From Octopus vulgaris (Eukaryota): a stretch of DNA of 64,000 nt. The position numbers were made by a program, and so were the translations under genes. Where the stretch lies: NCBI GenBank assembly GCA_951406725.2, contig OX597821.1, positions 110,422,001-110,486,000 on the forward strand, given 5' to 3'. Shown here in pieces: positions 13,591-29,286 of this stretch (within the stretch, counting starts at the first letter, position 1; every line of letters starts with the position of its first letter). The notes beneath the pieces are model-generated. The model did no database searches, was not told the DNA's origin, and saw nothing but the letters and a program-made list of their open reading frames with translations.

Positions 13591-14624
13591 TATATACATA
13601 TATATACATAAACACAAACACATACATACACATATATCTTTCTATATATACATACATACATACATATATATAATATATATGTATCTATATATATATATCC
13701 ACACACACACACATATATATATTTACACACACACACACACAGATATATATATATATATATATATAATACATATATATAATACAAGCACACACACACATAC
13801 ACGTAGCTTTTTATTTTTGTAAATTCTCTCCATTCTAACTATAGATATCTCATGATGCGGACAAGGCCTACGACCACGAAAATTTCTAAGTAATGAGGTG
13901 CTGAATGAAACTGTTATTAAATAAATATAACTCCGACTAAACGTGTTACGTGCTACTGTCTCACGCTTCATTGCCCATTTCTGTATTCACACACGCATCC
14001 AGACACATACACACAAACGATTTATGTCTTGTGAGATATGTATATGTAGAAACATACACACACACACACACATATATGCTTATAGAAAGAGAGGGAGAGA
14101 GAGAGAGAGAGGATGAAAAGATGACGTCGATAGAATCTCAATGCAGAAAACACTTGGTAGCGCTCAAATGATTTGGAAGTAACTCCGAGCATTCAGAAAC
14201 AGCTGTCGGACTTGTAAGACCTTTTCCCCTCTAATTCTTTGCGTTTATGTAATATGAGTAAGTTTGCTCTTTAAGAAATATATATATATATATATATACT
14301 TGAATGTTTGTCATCTGAAAAGTTTGAGCCTGCTCTCTATAAATGTATATATATTTTGCACATTAAAACGCAAAGTTTTGTTCGTTTATATGAATCATTC
14401 TCTCTGTCTTTCTTACTCTCTCCCTACTTCTTTCTCTCACTCTCCCCCTCTCTCTCTCTACACACACACGCACTATGTGTTATGTGTTTGTATATAATAT
14501 ATATAAGGGCGTGAAACTAATTCACCTGACTGCTGTTCCCTCACCTGTCTTCGTCCTGTTTTCTGTGAATTTGAACAATATGTATATGTACGAATGTATA
14601 CATATGTAAGTATGTATGTATATA

Positions 14625-15040
<416 letters not shown>

Positions 15041-15134
15041 GTACAGTACCCCAGAAACGCGCGTAGCAATGTATTAAATATTTGTAATTATATATATATA
15101 TAGGAGAATAATAAAGAGAAAGTTCTTAGTACAG

Positions 15135-15416
15135 TTCTGATGTGTCTGGGGAGAGTCATTTTCTTTTTGTGCCTTATAATGTAATCTACTCAACGGTGAA
15201 ATTTCCACTTATTTCTTATTTATATTTTCCTAAAATTTTCGTTGCGTCTTGCAACCTTTTCAAGAGTCTTGACTATTGAAAAGACTATTGAAAAGGTTGC
15301 AAGACGCAACGACAATTTTAGGAAAATAAAAATAAGAAATAAGTGGAAATTTCACCGTTGCGTGGGTTATGTCATAAGGCACAAAAAGAAAATGACTCTC
15401 CCCAGACACAACAGAA
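15135..15416. repeat. Fold-back inverted repeat, family shared with 30270-30470 and 52404-52680
   Basis: TGTGTCTGGGGAGAGTCA...GCAACCTTTTCAA is mirrored by TTGAAAAGGTTGC...TGACTCTCCCCAGACACA. Confidence 0.85.
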
Positions 15417-15485
15417 TATGCTTCAACACAAGGACTCATAGAAAGAGTCTTGAAAACCAAATCTAAAAACGAAATCTTATTACAG

Positions 15486-15530
<45 letters not shown>

Positions 15531-15766
15531 TATATATATTTATGTATATATATGAATATATATATGTATGTATATATATATTTACACACACACACAGATA
15601 TATATATATATATAATACAAGCACACACACACATACACGTAGCTTTTTTTTGTAAATTCTCTCCATTCTAACTATAGATATCTCATGATGCGGACAAGGT
15701 CTATGACCACGAAAGTAATGAGGTGCTGAATGAAACTGTTATTAAATAAATATAACTCCGACTAAA

Positions 15767-15811
<45 letters not shown>

Positions 15812-15899
15812 GTGTATATGTATATATATATATATATATATACATGTGTATATATACACACACACACATATATATATACATGCACACACACACACACAT

Positions 15900-16063
15900 A
15901 TATCAGTTGGGTACAGTTAAAACATGATCTGGTTTTCAAGTCTTTTATTATAGGTATTTTAAAAAAGTAATTTTTTTAACAATGTTTTTACAAAAAAAAA
16001 AAATTTTTAATACTATAAAAACGTGAAAACCAGACTATGTTTTAACTGTATCCAGCTGATATA
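15900..16063. mobile_element. Small MITE-like inverted repeat
   Basis: TATCAGTTGGGTACAGTTAAAACAT...GGTTTTCA is imperfectly mirrored by TGAAAACC...ATGTTTTAACTGTATCCAGCTGATA. Confidence 0.65.
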
Positions 16064-16154
16064 TTATTGTATACACATTTACACAAATTCGCGGAAAATG
16101 TTTATATATATATATATTTAGAGAGAGGGGGAGGGGGAGAGAGAGAACGAATTA

Positions 16155-16920
16155 CATCAAATACAGAATAGACAACACAGCAGACAGTGATAAGTGTAGA
16201 ATTAGTGGACAAAATGGTTAAACAGTATAGTATATTACCTGCCAATGTACGCCACTAGCTCAGAAAGAATATAAGAGACGTCATGACAATATAGCAAGGA
16301 TTGCCCATTAGACATTTTGCAACAAGTATGGACTTGACAGAGCAAAAAGACTGGTACGACCACAAACCTGAAGGCATTGTCGAAAATGATAACGCAAAGA
16401 TCCAATAGGATTTTATGATTCAATGCGACCATGATATTAGAATAGGAAACCAGACACAGTGTTAATTGATAAAGAAAGCAAACGATATTAGATCATAGAT
16501 ATAGCATGTCCAGCTGACAACAAGGTATGCGATATGGAAGAAAGGAAAGTCAATAGATATGATAGGTTAGCTTGGGAGGTTAAGCAGTTGTGGTCGATGA
16601 AAAAGGTAGTAGTAGTAGTACCAATAATTGTCGGAGCCCTGGGAACAGTGAGTAAAAATCATGAGAAGTACGTGGAACAAATAGAGGCTGCAATAAGGGT
16701 GCAGCACTTGCAGAAAACAACACTGCTTGGAACCGCTCGAATACGCAGGATGATGCTCAAAAAATAAAAGGTGTTACCTTAGTTCACTGGTAGTGAACAA
16801 CTGGCACATCGTTAGAAGCTGTGCAAAGGCAGTAATAATAATAATAAAAATAATTATAATGATAATAACAACAACAACAACAATAATAATAATGATAATA
16901 ATAATAATATTAACAATAAT
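16155..16920 (+). mobile_element. RLE-type (R4/Dong-like) LINE 3' relic, second family, with (TAA)n tail
   Basis: Degenerate zinc finger DKCRI..., YKRRHDN, WYDHKPE, RKPD..LID...IIDIACPAD, VPIIVGALG, LQKTTLLGTARI; in-frame stops. Confidence 0.9.
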
Positions 16921-16923
16921 TAA

Positions 16924-17183
16924 GGATCGACGTTACTCCTCCCGAAGGTAAAAGAGCAATAAGAAGAGTGTGAATGTTATCGAATGAACAATATTTCGTC
17001 ACTTCGTGTGTCTTCCACGAGTTCAAAATAATAATTCCAATCTACTTCCTTTTGGTAATATTTAAGGATTGATGATTATTTTGAACTTCCGTAAGACACA
17101 CGAAGTGTCGAAATATTGTTTATTCGAAAATAATCACGCTCTTCTTATTGTTCCTTTATTTTCGGGAGGAGTAACGTCAATCC
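16924..17183. mobile_element. MITE with TTAA TSD and GG...CC termini (Kolobok-like)
   Basis: TTAA|GGATCGACGTTACTCCTCCCGAA ... TTCGGGAGGAGTAACGTCAATCC|TTAA; imperfect arms of about 110 bp. Confidence 0.75.
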
Positions 17184-17274
17184 TTAAATATAAATAATAA
17201 TAATAATAATAATAATAATATATGCATATATATCTATCTATGTATATGCACACACACAAATACACACACAAATG

Positions 17275-17318
<44 letters not shown>

Positions 17319-17456
17319 TACTGCAAAATAATATTTTAAAATTATTTGCAGTATATGGTGCGGCAGAATTGATACATGTTAGAATATTTTTATATCTAAG
17401 TGTCTAAGTGTCTATACAACACAAAATTATCCTTCTATCTATCTATCTATCTATCA

Positions 17457-17526
<70 letters not shown>

Positions 17527-17675
17527 TTATGTATCTATCTATTATCTATCTATTTATGTATCTATCTATTATCTATCCATCTATCTATCTATCTATGTAG
17601 CTATGTAACTATCTATCTATCAACCTGTGTGTCTATCTATATCTATTTCTCTCACTCTCTCTGTCTCCGTCTGTC

Positions 17676-17775
<100 letters not shown>

Positions 17776-18011
17776 TAAACACGTACGCATGTGTTTTTTG
17801 GGCGGTAAATGACACGCACTTTCTTAGACTGTTCACATACACTTAAGCAAAAACTCAGCCATTTAATGTAAACAAAATGGATTCTATTAAGTAACACTAA
17901 CACATTGATAAACAATTTTTTGTAGATGTGTTTACAGCTGAATGTCTTAACGTTTATATGTGCACAAATAGTACATATAAATACATATACACACACACAC
18001 TCATACACCAC

Positions 18012-18061
<50 letters not shown>

Positions 18062-18121
18062 TCATGCATACATACATACAAACAGACATACAAATATGTG
18101 TTTGTGTGTGTACATACACAA

Positions 18122-18187
<66 letters not shown>

Positions 18188-18445
18188 CTATTAAGATTGA
18201 TAGATAATAGAGATAGAGAGACAAACAGAGGAAATGAGAGATACGATAGAGAATCATTTTATTGTATACTAGTAAACAGAATTGCATAGTTAAGTCTAGA
18301 AACCTCACACACACACACATATATATACATATAAATATGTATACATATATATTTACATCTAAATAAACATGCGCTTACATTATACATGCATTTAAGCGTA
18401 TTTAAAATGCATACGTATTTGTATATGTTCGTCTCCTAATGGATT

Positions 18446-18487
<42 letters not shown>

Positions 18488-18726
18488 CATAATTGTGTGT
18501 GTCTGTGGACATGTATTCTTATTCGATCTATCGCAATTTTATCAGGAACGTGAAGATCTCTGCAGCAGTAAATACATGTCTCCAAAGCTAAACAACTTGC
18601 TCTCAAGTGCTTTTATAAAAATACCACTAAAGATAAATGGTCGTTTGTACATGAGTTGAATATAATTGTGAAAAGACCCTTATTCCCTTCTTTATATCTT
18701 TCACCTTTCTATTACTGCCTCATATA

Positions 18727-18837
<111 letters not shown>

Positions 18838-19020
18838 TTGAGTAGAAAAATGAAATATCTTTTTATGGATAATTCGTTTAACCGATACTGGTAGCAAATT
18901 CACATCAGAAATAACACGGTTGAAGTTACATGCCTAGGGCAGAGACTACGTGTTTTCGTGTGAAAATTTGTGTGTATTTTTATAAATATATATATATATA
19001 TATAAAGAGAGAGAGAAAGA

Positions 19021-19186
19021 AGCAGAGAGACTGAAGGTGCAAGGTAGCACCTACATTGCTAAAACAGGAGTCAAAGACCCTTATAGCAACGGAAAGCTCA
19101 TGTTCAAGTACCTTTTGTGGCTATAAGGTTCTTTGACTCTGGTTTCTAGCAATGTACATGCTATTCTGCACCCTCAGTCACTGTTA
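19021..19186. repeat. Imperfect inverted repeat (old MITE or fold-back)
   Basis: GACTGAAGGTGCA...TACATTGCTA...GAGTCAAAGA...CTTATAGC is mirrored by GCTATAAG...TCTTTGACTC...TAGCAATGTA...TGCACCCTCAGTC. Confidence 0.7.
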
Positions 19187-19329
19187 CTATAAATTGCTTT
19201 TTTCCGTTTAGATTTTATATTGCATCTAGCCACCTTAGTTATTTTGTGTGTGTATGTGTGTGTGTGTGTGTGTACATAGAGCGAGAGAGAGAAAGACAGG
19301 AAGTGAGATGAAGAGAGATAGATTAGTTC

Positions 19330-19590
19330 TCTGTCGCTTACAATGACGTGCGTTCCAGTTCATCCGGTTAACGGAACAGGCTGTTCATTAAACGTTCTAG
19401 TGGCAGAGCACTCTACAGACAAGTGTACCCTTAACGTAGTTTTGAGAGAGATTCAGCGTGACGCAGAATGTGACAATGCTGGCCCTTCAAATTACAGGTA
19501 CAATTCCTATTTGCAAGCTGAGTGAACTGGAGCAACATGAATAAAGTGTCTTGCCCAAGGACATGCAGGAATTGAACTCACGACTCTACG

Positions 19591-19595
<5 letters not shown>
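19330..19595 (-). mobile_element. SINE group B (tail type 2), partial
   Basis: Reverse of CGCTGAATCTC...CTACGTTAAGGGTACAC, as in 46428-46700 and 60495-60808. Confidence 0.75.
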
Positions 19596-19685
<90 letters not shown>

Positions 19686-20020
19686 GTAAAAAAGACATTC
19701 CTACCACATCCAGCATCGAGACCTCCAGATCACGAGATTTCGAGCTTCCTTGTTCTTGTCAAGGATGGATGCTCGACTGCCAGAGATGGCAGCGATTCAT
19801 GTCTCTGCCCCCCCCCCCCCGATATATAGAATGTGCTTGAGTTTGTGCGTGTGAGTGTGTGTGTGTGTGTGTGTGCGCGCGCGCGTGTGTGTGTATAGAG
19901 AGTATTTTTACATTTTCATCTATGCCTGTCTGTATCTCTACCTCTTTGTATTTCTGTGTCCTTTCTTTTCCTTCCATACACATACAGTATGTGTGTGTGT
20001 GCATGTGTGTATTTATATAT

Positions 20021-20064
<44 letters not shown>

Positions 20065-20093
20065 GTGTGTGTGTATATATATATATATATGTG

Positions 20094-20196
<103 letters not shown>

Positions 20197-21689
20197 GTAT
20201 GTATGTTTGTGCGTGTTGTTTTATAGCCCAACCGTGATCTAGATTTATTTATTTTTAATTCAATGACTTTTTCCCTCTTTCCACGTGAGCTACCTGCAGT
20301 TTTTGTGAATAAATAATCCTCTGAAATCCCCCCTTAATATTTCTAGATCACCTCTCCTCGTCTTCTTCACCAAGAGGTGATGTTTCTGTTTGATTCTGTC
20401 ACTTGAAAGTAGTTATGTGCAATCAAATTGTTATTGACATTAACGTCGTCAACCGACATTGTTTCTCCTTTGACGTTTTTACTTGAGCAGTCGCGAAGTG
20501 TTGCATCTTTTGTCTGCGCGTGCCTGCTCTATAGGAATTTATTTTAGCATTGTACTGTGCTCTTAGTTTTACTACCATCAATAACCATTATTTTTGCAGA
20601 GATTTTTGCATCGTATAGATGTGTTGTTTATTAATGTTTTCCTGTTGTTTTACGCAGAGTATTGCCACTAATTCTTTTTGTAGTTGCTTGTTACATCAGT
20701 GACAAGGTATCAGTGACAAGGTATCTGTGTGGCCCTTGTAATAGTTAGAGTTGTAGAGTCTGCAACCTCCACTATTGCAATCAAATTTAGTTTTAACTCC
20801 ATCATTAATCGCATAGTTTTGTGGCGATTTCTATATTGTACAGTTGTATTGTTAATAAACATTTTTCTATCTTTGTGTTACGTAGAGAAATGCTATTAAA
20901 CCTTTTAAAAAATTTAAATGCTTATACAACCAGCGAGAATATTTTGTATTTGCGTATATATAATATAATAGCTGGAGTCGTGAAGACCACGACTTCCAAA
21001 ATCACAATCAAATTTACGAATCTGGTAAATCACATTAGACATTACTAACTTGTTAACTCGTTTACACACTTGTGGTTTGTTATTTTTAACAAGATTTTAA
21101 AACTCTAATGTTTAAACTCTATTTGATGCAAACTACTTTATGGCTGGGCTCAGTGTACTTTGCGTTCTGCTTCACAACAATCTTTAAATAATGTGTTTGT
21201 TCTATAGTCAGTATAAATGTAACTTGTCATACATTCTATGTGTGGTTTGTTAAATTTTAATAGATGCAGCTATTTCGTTGTATTTATTGTTCTATGGCTT
21301 CGTTTATTGCGCTTCTTAATACACTCGCTGTAAATTCGTATTGTTTTATTCTACACATAATTTTATTAAGTGCTTTGTTTATGTAAGAGAATGTAAATGT
21401 TGTTTCTAGATTTTTTTCTATATAGATATTTTATCTGAGAGAACGTTCATTGTCTCCATTTAAGTACAGGCATTAATTACTGCCTTTAGTATTGATAGAT
21501 GTGAAGTATCGGTTATTTTTTCTTATCTAATGTTTATATAGGAATAATGTTATTTTATCGTTAGAAGTTCCATTTATAGTGTTTAAATTTTATAACAGAA
21601 TCGTGTCCTAGGTTTTCCGTTAATCGCTCTCTATCAACATCTTCCAATATGTCCATTACGACTATTCTATCATCCACATACTCTATAAC

Positions 21690-21775
21690 AGTTTAAAAGG
21701 CAATATTTATCCGCAAAATTATAGTGTAGCTATGGGTTCTCCATTAGGGCCTACTTTTGCGACGCTTTCTTTGAT
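21690..21775 (+). pseudogene. PLE reverse transcriptase motif relic
   Basis: FKGNIYPQ...SVAMGSPLGPTFA matches the PLE RT motif G(V/T)AMGSPL(G/S)P.lA. Confidence 0.6.
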
Positions 21776-22657
21776 CACAATAGAAAAAAGTAAGTCCAGT
21801 ACATGATCATGTGATATATATCAGATATGGGAATAGATACACTGATCGTAATGGAAACAACGCTAGATGTTGAAATTAAAGGCTGATCTATAAAACAGCT
21901 CAATACCAAAATCTAATATTGATTACTTAAATCTACAGAATGAAACAAACACTAATCAACGACAGGTATCCACGAAAATTATTTGAGCGAACCCAATAAC
22001 AATAGAAAAACAAATACAGCGCCATTAACAGACACTGGATCTATTAACAAATAAATGAACGACAGATAAAGTATTTTACATAAGTCGAATGTATAGTAAC
22101 TGCGGATAGAGTAATACATCATAAATACAACTCATGAACCACGACACAAAATACGTGGTACTAAGTTACAACCATATGCTGGTGAATACGGTTGACGGTA
22201 GAGTCGAATGCACAAAATCTTTAGGTGGGAGAAATGTATTATTTAGGCAAATGTTATCACAGAATCTATGCATGTCAGTGTTTATTGAGTATTGCTATGT
22301 TAGTTTAAGAAACATCATTGTCCGCTATCTTTATTAGAATTGCAGCAAAGAGGGCTCTGTAGGTACACATTGCAATAGTGAGAACTGAAAAGTTTCGAAA
22401 CAAAATAGAAAGAACCCCAAATGAGACTGTTTCTTTTGCCAGACACAATAGAGGGCTTCGGTAGTGTTAGGGGAAACAAGCTTGCTTTCGTTGAAGTCTT
22501 CAATGATGAAATACCACAGACGTGTGTCGTAAAGGAGATGCACATTTCCAATAGATCCAGCTACAGAAGCTGAAGTATATTGATAATTAGTGAAACAAGA
22601 AACATATCAGTACGCTTCAGCTTGTGTAGGGGAAAGATATAGATCTTTACCATATTT

Positions 22658-22965
22658 TAGTTAGTTAGTTAGTTAGTTAATTTTTTGGCTCAAAAAGCAA
22701 AAAGCAAGGCCATGTAGGGGGACATGGAGTTATGTACAGGGTGGTGTTCATGTAAAGAGTTCAGCCCACTTGTGGTCAAGGGAGACTTTGAACCGAGCGG
22801 TCGTCGTCGTCTTCACTATCTCGTCCGGCAGCTTATTCCACGGTTCCGCAACCCGGACGGAGAAAGCCCCTCTCCTTCGATTGAGATGAAATCGTCACAG
22901 ATAGAGCTTTTCGGAGTGACCCCGCAGCCGACGCTCTGGAGCAGGAGTGAAGAACAGCTCTTTTT
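22658..22965 (-). mobile_element. CR1-clade LINE 3' end with (CTAA)n tail
   Basis: Minus strand reads ELFFTPAPERRLRGHSEKLYL*RFHLNRRRGAFSVRVAEPWNKLPDEIV...RFKVSLD; (TTAG)n at 22658-22679. Confidence 0.85.
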
Positions 22966-23759
22966 TTCAGTGGCCTTTGCCAAACCGGAAGTGAAGACGG
23001 TCGGTTGGTAAGTGGAAGGGCCAGACAGGTTGCTTATTATTTTACTGGCATAAAATGCAGCAAACATCCATATTAGGATATATTCCTGAGAAATGACTGA
23101 GAGGAAGTGTCTATGAAATTAGTAGATATTTGCTTGGCAAAGGACCACAATGACTCGGATACAAGTTGACAGAAATGGTAGAGTACTGGATTAAGTGGTT
23201 GAGCATCTCATAAATAAAACTGGTGCATTATATGAAGAAAAGAAGTCTATACTCTCGCCCATTGTCTGCAAAATTAAGAACATATTGCTGCACACACCTC
23301 AGGAAGGTGCAACAGTAAAACGCTACAGAAGAAGAAGAAAAAGGAAGAAGAAGAAAAAGGAAGAAGAAGAAGAAGAAGAAGAAGAAGAAAAAGAAGAAGG
23401 AAAAGGAGAAGGGAGAAGAGGAGGAGGAGGAGGAGGACGACGACGACGACAATAGCAGGAACAATAGAAAGGCAAAGTTGACTTCGGTGAAATTTGAATA
23501 TAGCGAATGAAGACGAACAAAATGCTGAAAAGTATTCCGCCCAGCGGGCTTAGAAACGGGGTTTCAAATTCTTCCAAAAGGGCAATAACAAATTCATAAA
23601 TTTATTTGTTTAATTTTTTTTTAATACATATTTTACCTGTGAATTTACGTGTGTAATCTGGGAATATATACAATGAGCTTCTCTGCCCTAGGTGTACGGA
23701 AAACACTCGTCGAGAAACAGAAGGGAATTTGAAGAAAGACGGAAAAAAAGATAATAATG

Positions 23760-23799
<40 letters not shown>

Positions 23800-23801
<2 letters not shown>

Positions 23802-24355
23802 GCCCTGATGCAGTACCAGGCAGTGGCTCTCATGGCTTCTGATCTTAACTGATTGGAAGTGTTATCATGTACATTGTTTTGTCTTGGTATAAAAGATGGG
23901 CTACAGCAAATATTCTGCTCAATACCACAGTTTTGCTTGTCAGTTGTTTGACCTTAACCAGTTGAGCATGTCCCTTAGTGGCTGACGATATGTGCATCTC
24001 TGATCACGAGCAGAAGTAGTGGGGGAGCATCATAGCCATGTGTTGAGAGGGATTCTTTGGGGTTTGGATAATTCACCTCTGGAAACATGGGTGTTTCGTT
24101 CAACGTCCTTAAACAACCCTTATTCAGGGACCTTTTGAGTGGGATGGGTTACTCGATCTGAAGAAAATTCTAACTGGGCTCCACCTGCAAGGTCATGTGC
24201 TGTTTATCTTGATATGAGATCACCATGTCGCGCACATATGGTTGTGATGCATGTGCCTGGTGTACCCTTATCAGACGGGTAGTCATGATGGGTATGCTGG
24301 GCTTCGTATATTTTACCCCAGTGTCACTTTGATGGCATGCTCTGCTCGCTCACTC
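23800..24355 (+). mobile_element. About 550-bp (TAA)n-embedded retroposon (copy 2)
   Basis: Same 5' and 3' ends as 12303-12848. Confidence 0.8.
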
Positions 24356-24389
<34 letters not shown>

Positions 24390-24407
24390 GTAATAATAAT
24401 AATAATA

Positions 24408-24854
24408 AAAGTTGGGCTACAGCAAATATTCTGCTCAATACCACAGATTTGCTTGTCAGTTGTTTGACTTTAACCAGTTGAGCATGTCCCTTAGTGGCTG
24501 ACGATATGTGCATCTCTGATCACGAGCAGAAGTAGTGGGGGAGCATCATAGCCATGTGTTGAGAGGGATTCTTAGAGGTTTGGAATATTCACCTTTGGAA
24601 ACATGGATGGTTCGTTCAACATCCTTAAACAATCCTTATTCAGGGACCACTTGAGTGGGATGGGCTATTCGACTGAGCCCCACCTGCAAGGTCATGCGCT
24701 GTTTATCTTGATATGAGATCACCATGTCGCACACATATGGTTGTGATGCATGTGCCTGGTGTACCTTTATCAGACGGGTAGTCATGATGGGTATACTGGA
24801 CTTCGTATATTTTACCCCAGGGTCACTTTGATGGCATGCACTGCTCTCTCACTC
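24408..24854 (+). mobile_element. About 550-bp family, 5'-truncated tandem copy 3
   Basis: Starts internally at TGGGCTACAGCAAATATTCTGC and has the same 3' end followed by (TAA)n. Confidence 0.8.
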
Positions 24855-24878
24855 AATAATAATAATAATAATAATAAT

Positions 24879-25003
<125 letters not shown>

Positions 25004-25280
25004 GAAGAACAACAACAACAATAAGAAGAAGAACAACAACAACAATAATAATAATAATTATGATAATAGTTTCAGATTTTGTCACAAAGGCAGCAATCTT
25101 TTTGGTGGTGGGGACTAGTCGATTATAGCGACCCTAGTATTCAATTTGTACTTTATTTATAGACTCCGAAAGGATGAAATGCGAAGTCGAACTCGGCGGA
25201 ATTTGAACCCAGAACGCAGAGCCGGGCGAAATACCGCCAATCATTTCGTCTAGCGTGCTAACGATTCTGCCAACGTCACC

Positions 25281-25351
<71 letters not shown>

Positions 25352-25571
25352 CTTTTCTACTTTTGGCACAAGGCCCGAAATTTTGGGGGAGGGGCCAGTA
25401 GATTAGATCTTCCCAGGACGCAACTGGTACTTAGTTTATCGATACCGAAAGAATGAAAGCCAAATTCGACCTCAGCAGAATTTGAACTCAGAACACAGAC
25501 AGATGAAATACCGCTAAGTATTTCGCCGCTAACGTTTCTACTAGCTCGCCGACTTAACAACAACAACAACG

Positions 25572-26000
<429 letters not shown>

Positions 26001-26507
26001 CGTTCTGATTTCAGATTCAATCGGCGAAACACCTTGTCTTTCACTCTTTCGGAATCAATGATATAAATAAGTACCAATCACGTGTGCAGTCAGTTTCATC
26101 GATCTTTTCCCCGCTCTGCTGAATTCTTTGCGGTGTTTAACCATGTTCCTTTAATTCCTAAATTCAAATGCAGTCGATGGTCGGCACCTACCTTACCTTT
26201 CATCCTTTTATGAGGTGGATAAAATACGCACCAGACCAAACCACGCTAAATCAGCACAAACCGAACCGACGCCAGACCACACCAGACCTCACCAGACAGA
26301 GTACTGAAGAAAATCAATTTATTCAACTATTACAGAACTTAGTAAGCCCTACGGCCATTGCTATAAACCGTTATTATCTTCGTTATCGATAGAGCTGCTT
26401 TGATTACGACAACACAAAAAAATATACAATAGCCTCCAGGGAAATAATATAACTCTAGCCTTTTGATGTTTAACGTTGAAAGGCGTTTTATTATTATTAT
26501 TATTATT

Positions 26508-26610
<103 letters not shown>

Positions 26611-26649
26611 CATCATTATTATCATCACCATCATATTCATTATTGTTAA

Positions 26650-26718
<69 letters not shown>

Positions 26719-27004
26719 TATTGTATGTTGTTGTTATTCCTACTGCTGCTGCTGCTGTTGTTACTGTTGTTGCTACTGCTGCTGCTGTTGAAGCGATCTG
26801 GCAGAACCGTTAACACGCCAGGCGAAATGCTGAGTGGAATTTCGTCGTTATGAGTTCAAATTACGCCGAGAACGACTTTGCTTTTCATCCGTTCGGAATC
26901 AACAAATTAAGTACCAGTGAAACACTGGGGTCGATGTATTCGACTTATTCCTCACCCCCAAACGGCTGCCCTTGTGCCTATAATAGAAAGGATTATTATT
27001 ATTA

Positions 27005-27057
<53 letters not shown>

Positions 27058-27382
27058 GTTTCAGTTGTGTTTGTTTGTCCGTTGACAAGATATCTCAAGA
27101 ACGGCTGAATGAATTCGGATGACACTTTCAGATATATTTGGCCTCGTAACTGGCACAAATTGATTAGATTGTGGGATCGATCCAGGACCGGACAAAGATT
27201 TTGGATTATCTTTCCTGTTTTTTTTTAATTAATATTTGAGAGCGGTCGGGTTCATTTTTTGTATTCTCGTTTGTGAGAGCAGTCGAGTTTATTTCAGATA
27301 TTCTCATTTTAAAAATTATCTCTCGTTGAGAGGACGCTGGTGTTGCTTTGGCGGAGGTTTGCGTTCTCTGGGTGCCCTTGTT
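27058..27382 (+). mobile_element. Helentron-associated (HINE/DINE-1-like) element
   Basis: 5' GTTTGTTTGTCCG...GATATCTCAAGAACGG and 3' TTGGCGGAGGTTTGCGTTCTCTGGGTGCCCTTGTT resemble metazoan HINE ends; T-rich insertion site. Confidence 0.5.
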
Positions 27383-27664
27383 ATTATTGTTATCATAACT
27401 TTTACAGAGGTGAACTGACAGAATCCTTAGCACGCCGAGGAAATGCTAATTGGTATTTCGTAGTTTTGCGTTCAAATTTCGCTGAGGTCGACTCTGCCTT
27501 TCATCCTTTAGGGGTCAATGAAACATTTACCGGTCGTGTACTGGGGTCGATGTATTCAACTTTCACCCTTCCCTAATATTTCAGGTCTTGTACCTATAAC
27601 AGAAAATATTTTTATTATTTTATTTTATTTAGTGATGATGATGATGGCGATGATGATGATGATG

Positions 27665-27724
<60 letters not shown>

Positions 27725-27935
27725 GTTTCTACTAAAGGCACAAGGCCTGTAATTAGGTGGGAGGGGACTAGTCGATTAGATCCATCCCAGTGCGTAACTG
27801 GTACTTATTTAATCGACCCCGAAAGGATGAAAGGCAAAGTCGACCTTGGCGGAATTTGAACTCAGAACGTAGCGGCAGACGAAATACCGCTGAGCATTTC
27901 GCCCGGCGTACTAACGTTACTGCCAGCTCGCCGCC

Positions 27936-28008
<73 letters not shown>

Positions 28009-28864
28009 TAACAACAACAACAACGACGACGACGACGACGACGACGAAGATAACAAAATAAAACGTTGTTGTCTTATTATATAGATGTGAACATTTACGA
28101 ACCTCAAAAGTCGTCTGCTTTCTAAACGTAACATTGAACATCGTACAATATCCAGCGACACGAAGAATTATTTTGAAGAGCATATTTTTCAAACGTTGTC
28201 GCTTGCCAACGACTCTGATTACAGCCAAAATCAATGAATAAAATAAAATATATTCTATAAAATAGCAATAGAAAAAAAAGAAGGAAGTTCCTCACAATTA
28301 TACACGAGCTTTTCAGTTCGACATCAAATGACAGTAACAGGACCAAATTCTTTCGGTCCATCTCTCTTTCGTTCTTTCTCTCTATCTTCCTTGAGTTCTT
28401 TCGTTCTCTCTTTTCTTTCTTTAGTTTCGTCGGAATTCGCCTCTCAAATGGCGTTATTATTTTCTCTCATTTTAGTCTTCGACTTCTCGCTTCCATCTAC
28501 TTTTTTCGTTCACGTTAATATATTTATTAATTCCTTCAGTCATTTATTTATTTGTCTCTTCTAGTATTTTGTCTTCATTTCTTTCTTCTCACGTTTTTTA
28601 GATGTCGTTCATTGATCCAGTTACTTGTTTAGTCAGACATTCAGTTATTCATTCATTCTTGTTATTTTTCTCTTCTTTCCTTCTTTTGCTAATTATTTTT
28701 TCTTTATTTTTATTTCACTTTCCCTTATTTAGAAGAATGTGGGGGCGTTATCCCCTGCAGAGCCGTAAACTTAATTGAAGAAATGTCAAGTAGTTTGTTG
28801 ATGTATAAAAAGAATGAGTATGGCTGACAAAGTTGATTCTTGGTTCACACTAGATTTCATAAGC

Positions 28865-29197
28865 AAAAAGCCCCTTCAGTCAGGAATGACCATGGAGTTG
28901 CACCTAAAAAGTTCCCCTCCGAAGCACAATTCCAGGCAATGTTGTCTATAGAAGACCAGCAGTCGTTCATGCATACCAACTCCACCTATCTCCATGCTAC
29001 TGATGTTATCCAAGGGAAAGACAAAGGCCGATACAGCTGGCACCAGTGACATCGCAACTCATTTCCACACCCGAGTGAACTGGAGCAACATGAAATAAAG
29101 GGTCTTGCTCAAGAATACAATGCACAGCCCGGTCCGGGAATCGAACTCGCTACCTCATGATTGTAAGCCGAATTCTCTAACCACTAAGCCATGAGCT
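28865..29197 (-). mobile_element. SINE group B (tail type 1)
   Basis: Reverse complement of 3148-3482. Confidence 0.8.
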
Positions 29198-29286
29198 AAA
29201 ACGGGTACTATTATTTGAAGCGAACTTGGAGATTCTAGTTCCGTGCTGTTTAATTTTAAAAGAAGAGCACAATGCTATCTTCTTAT

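Noticed and set aside
20400-21500. About 1 kb of unique-looking AT-rich sequence near the PLE RT motif
   Set aside because: No ORF or motif could be recognised; possibly an old retroelement, but not supportable.
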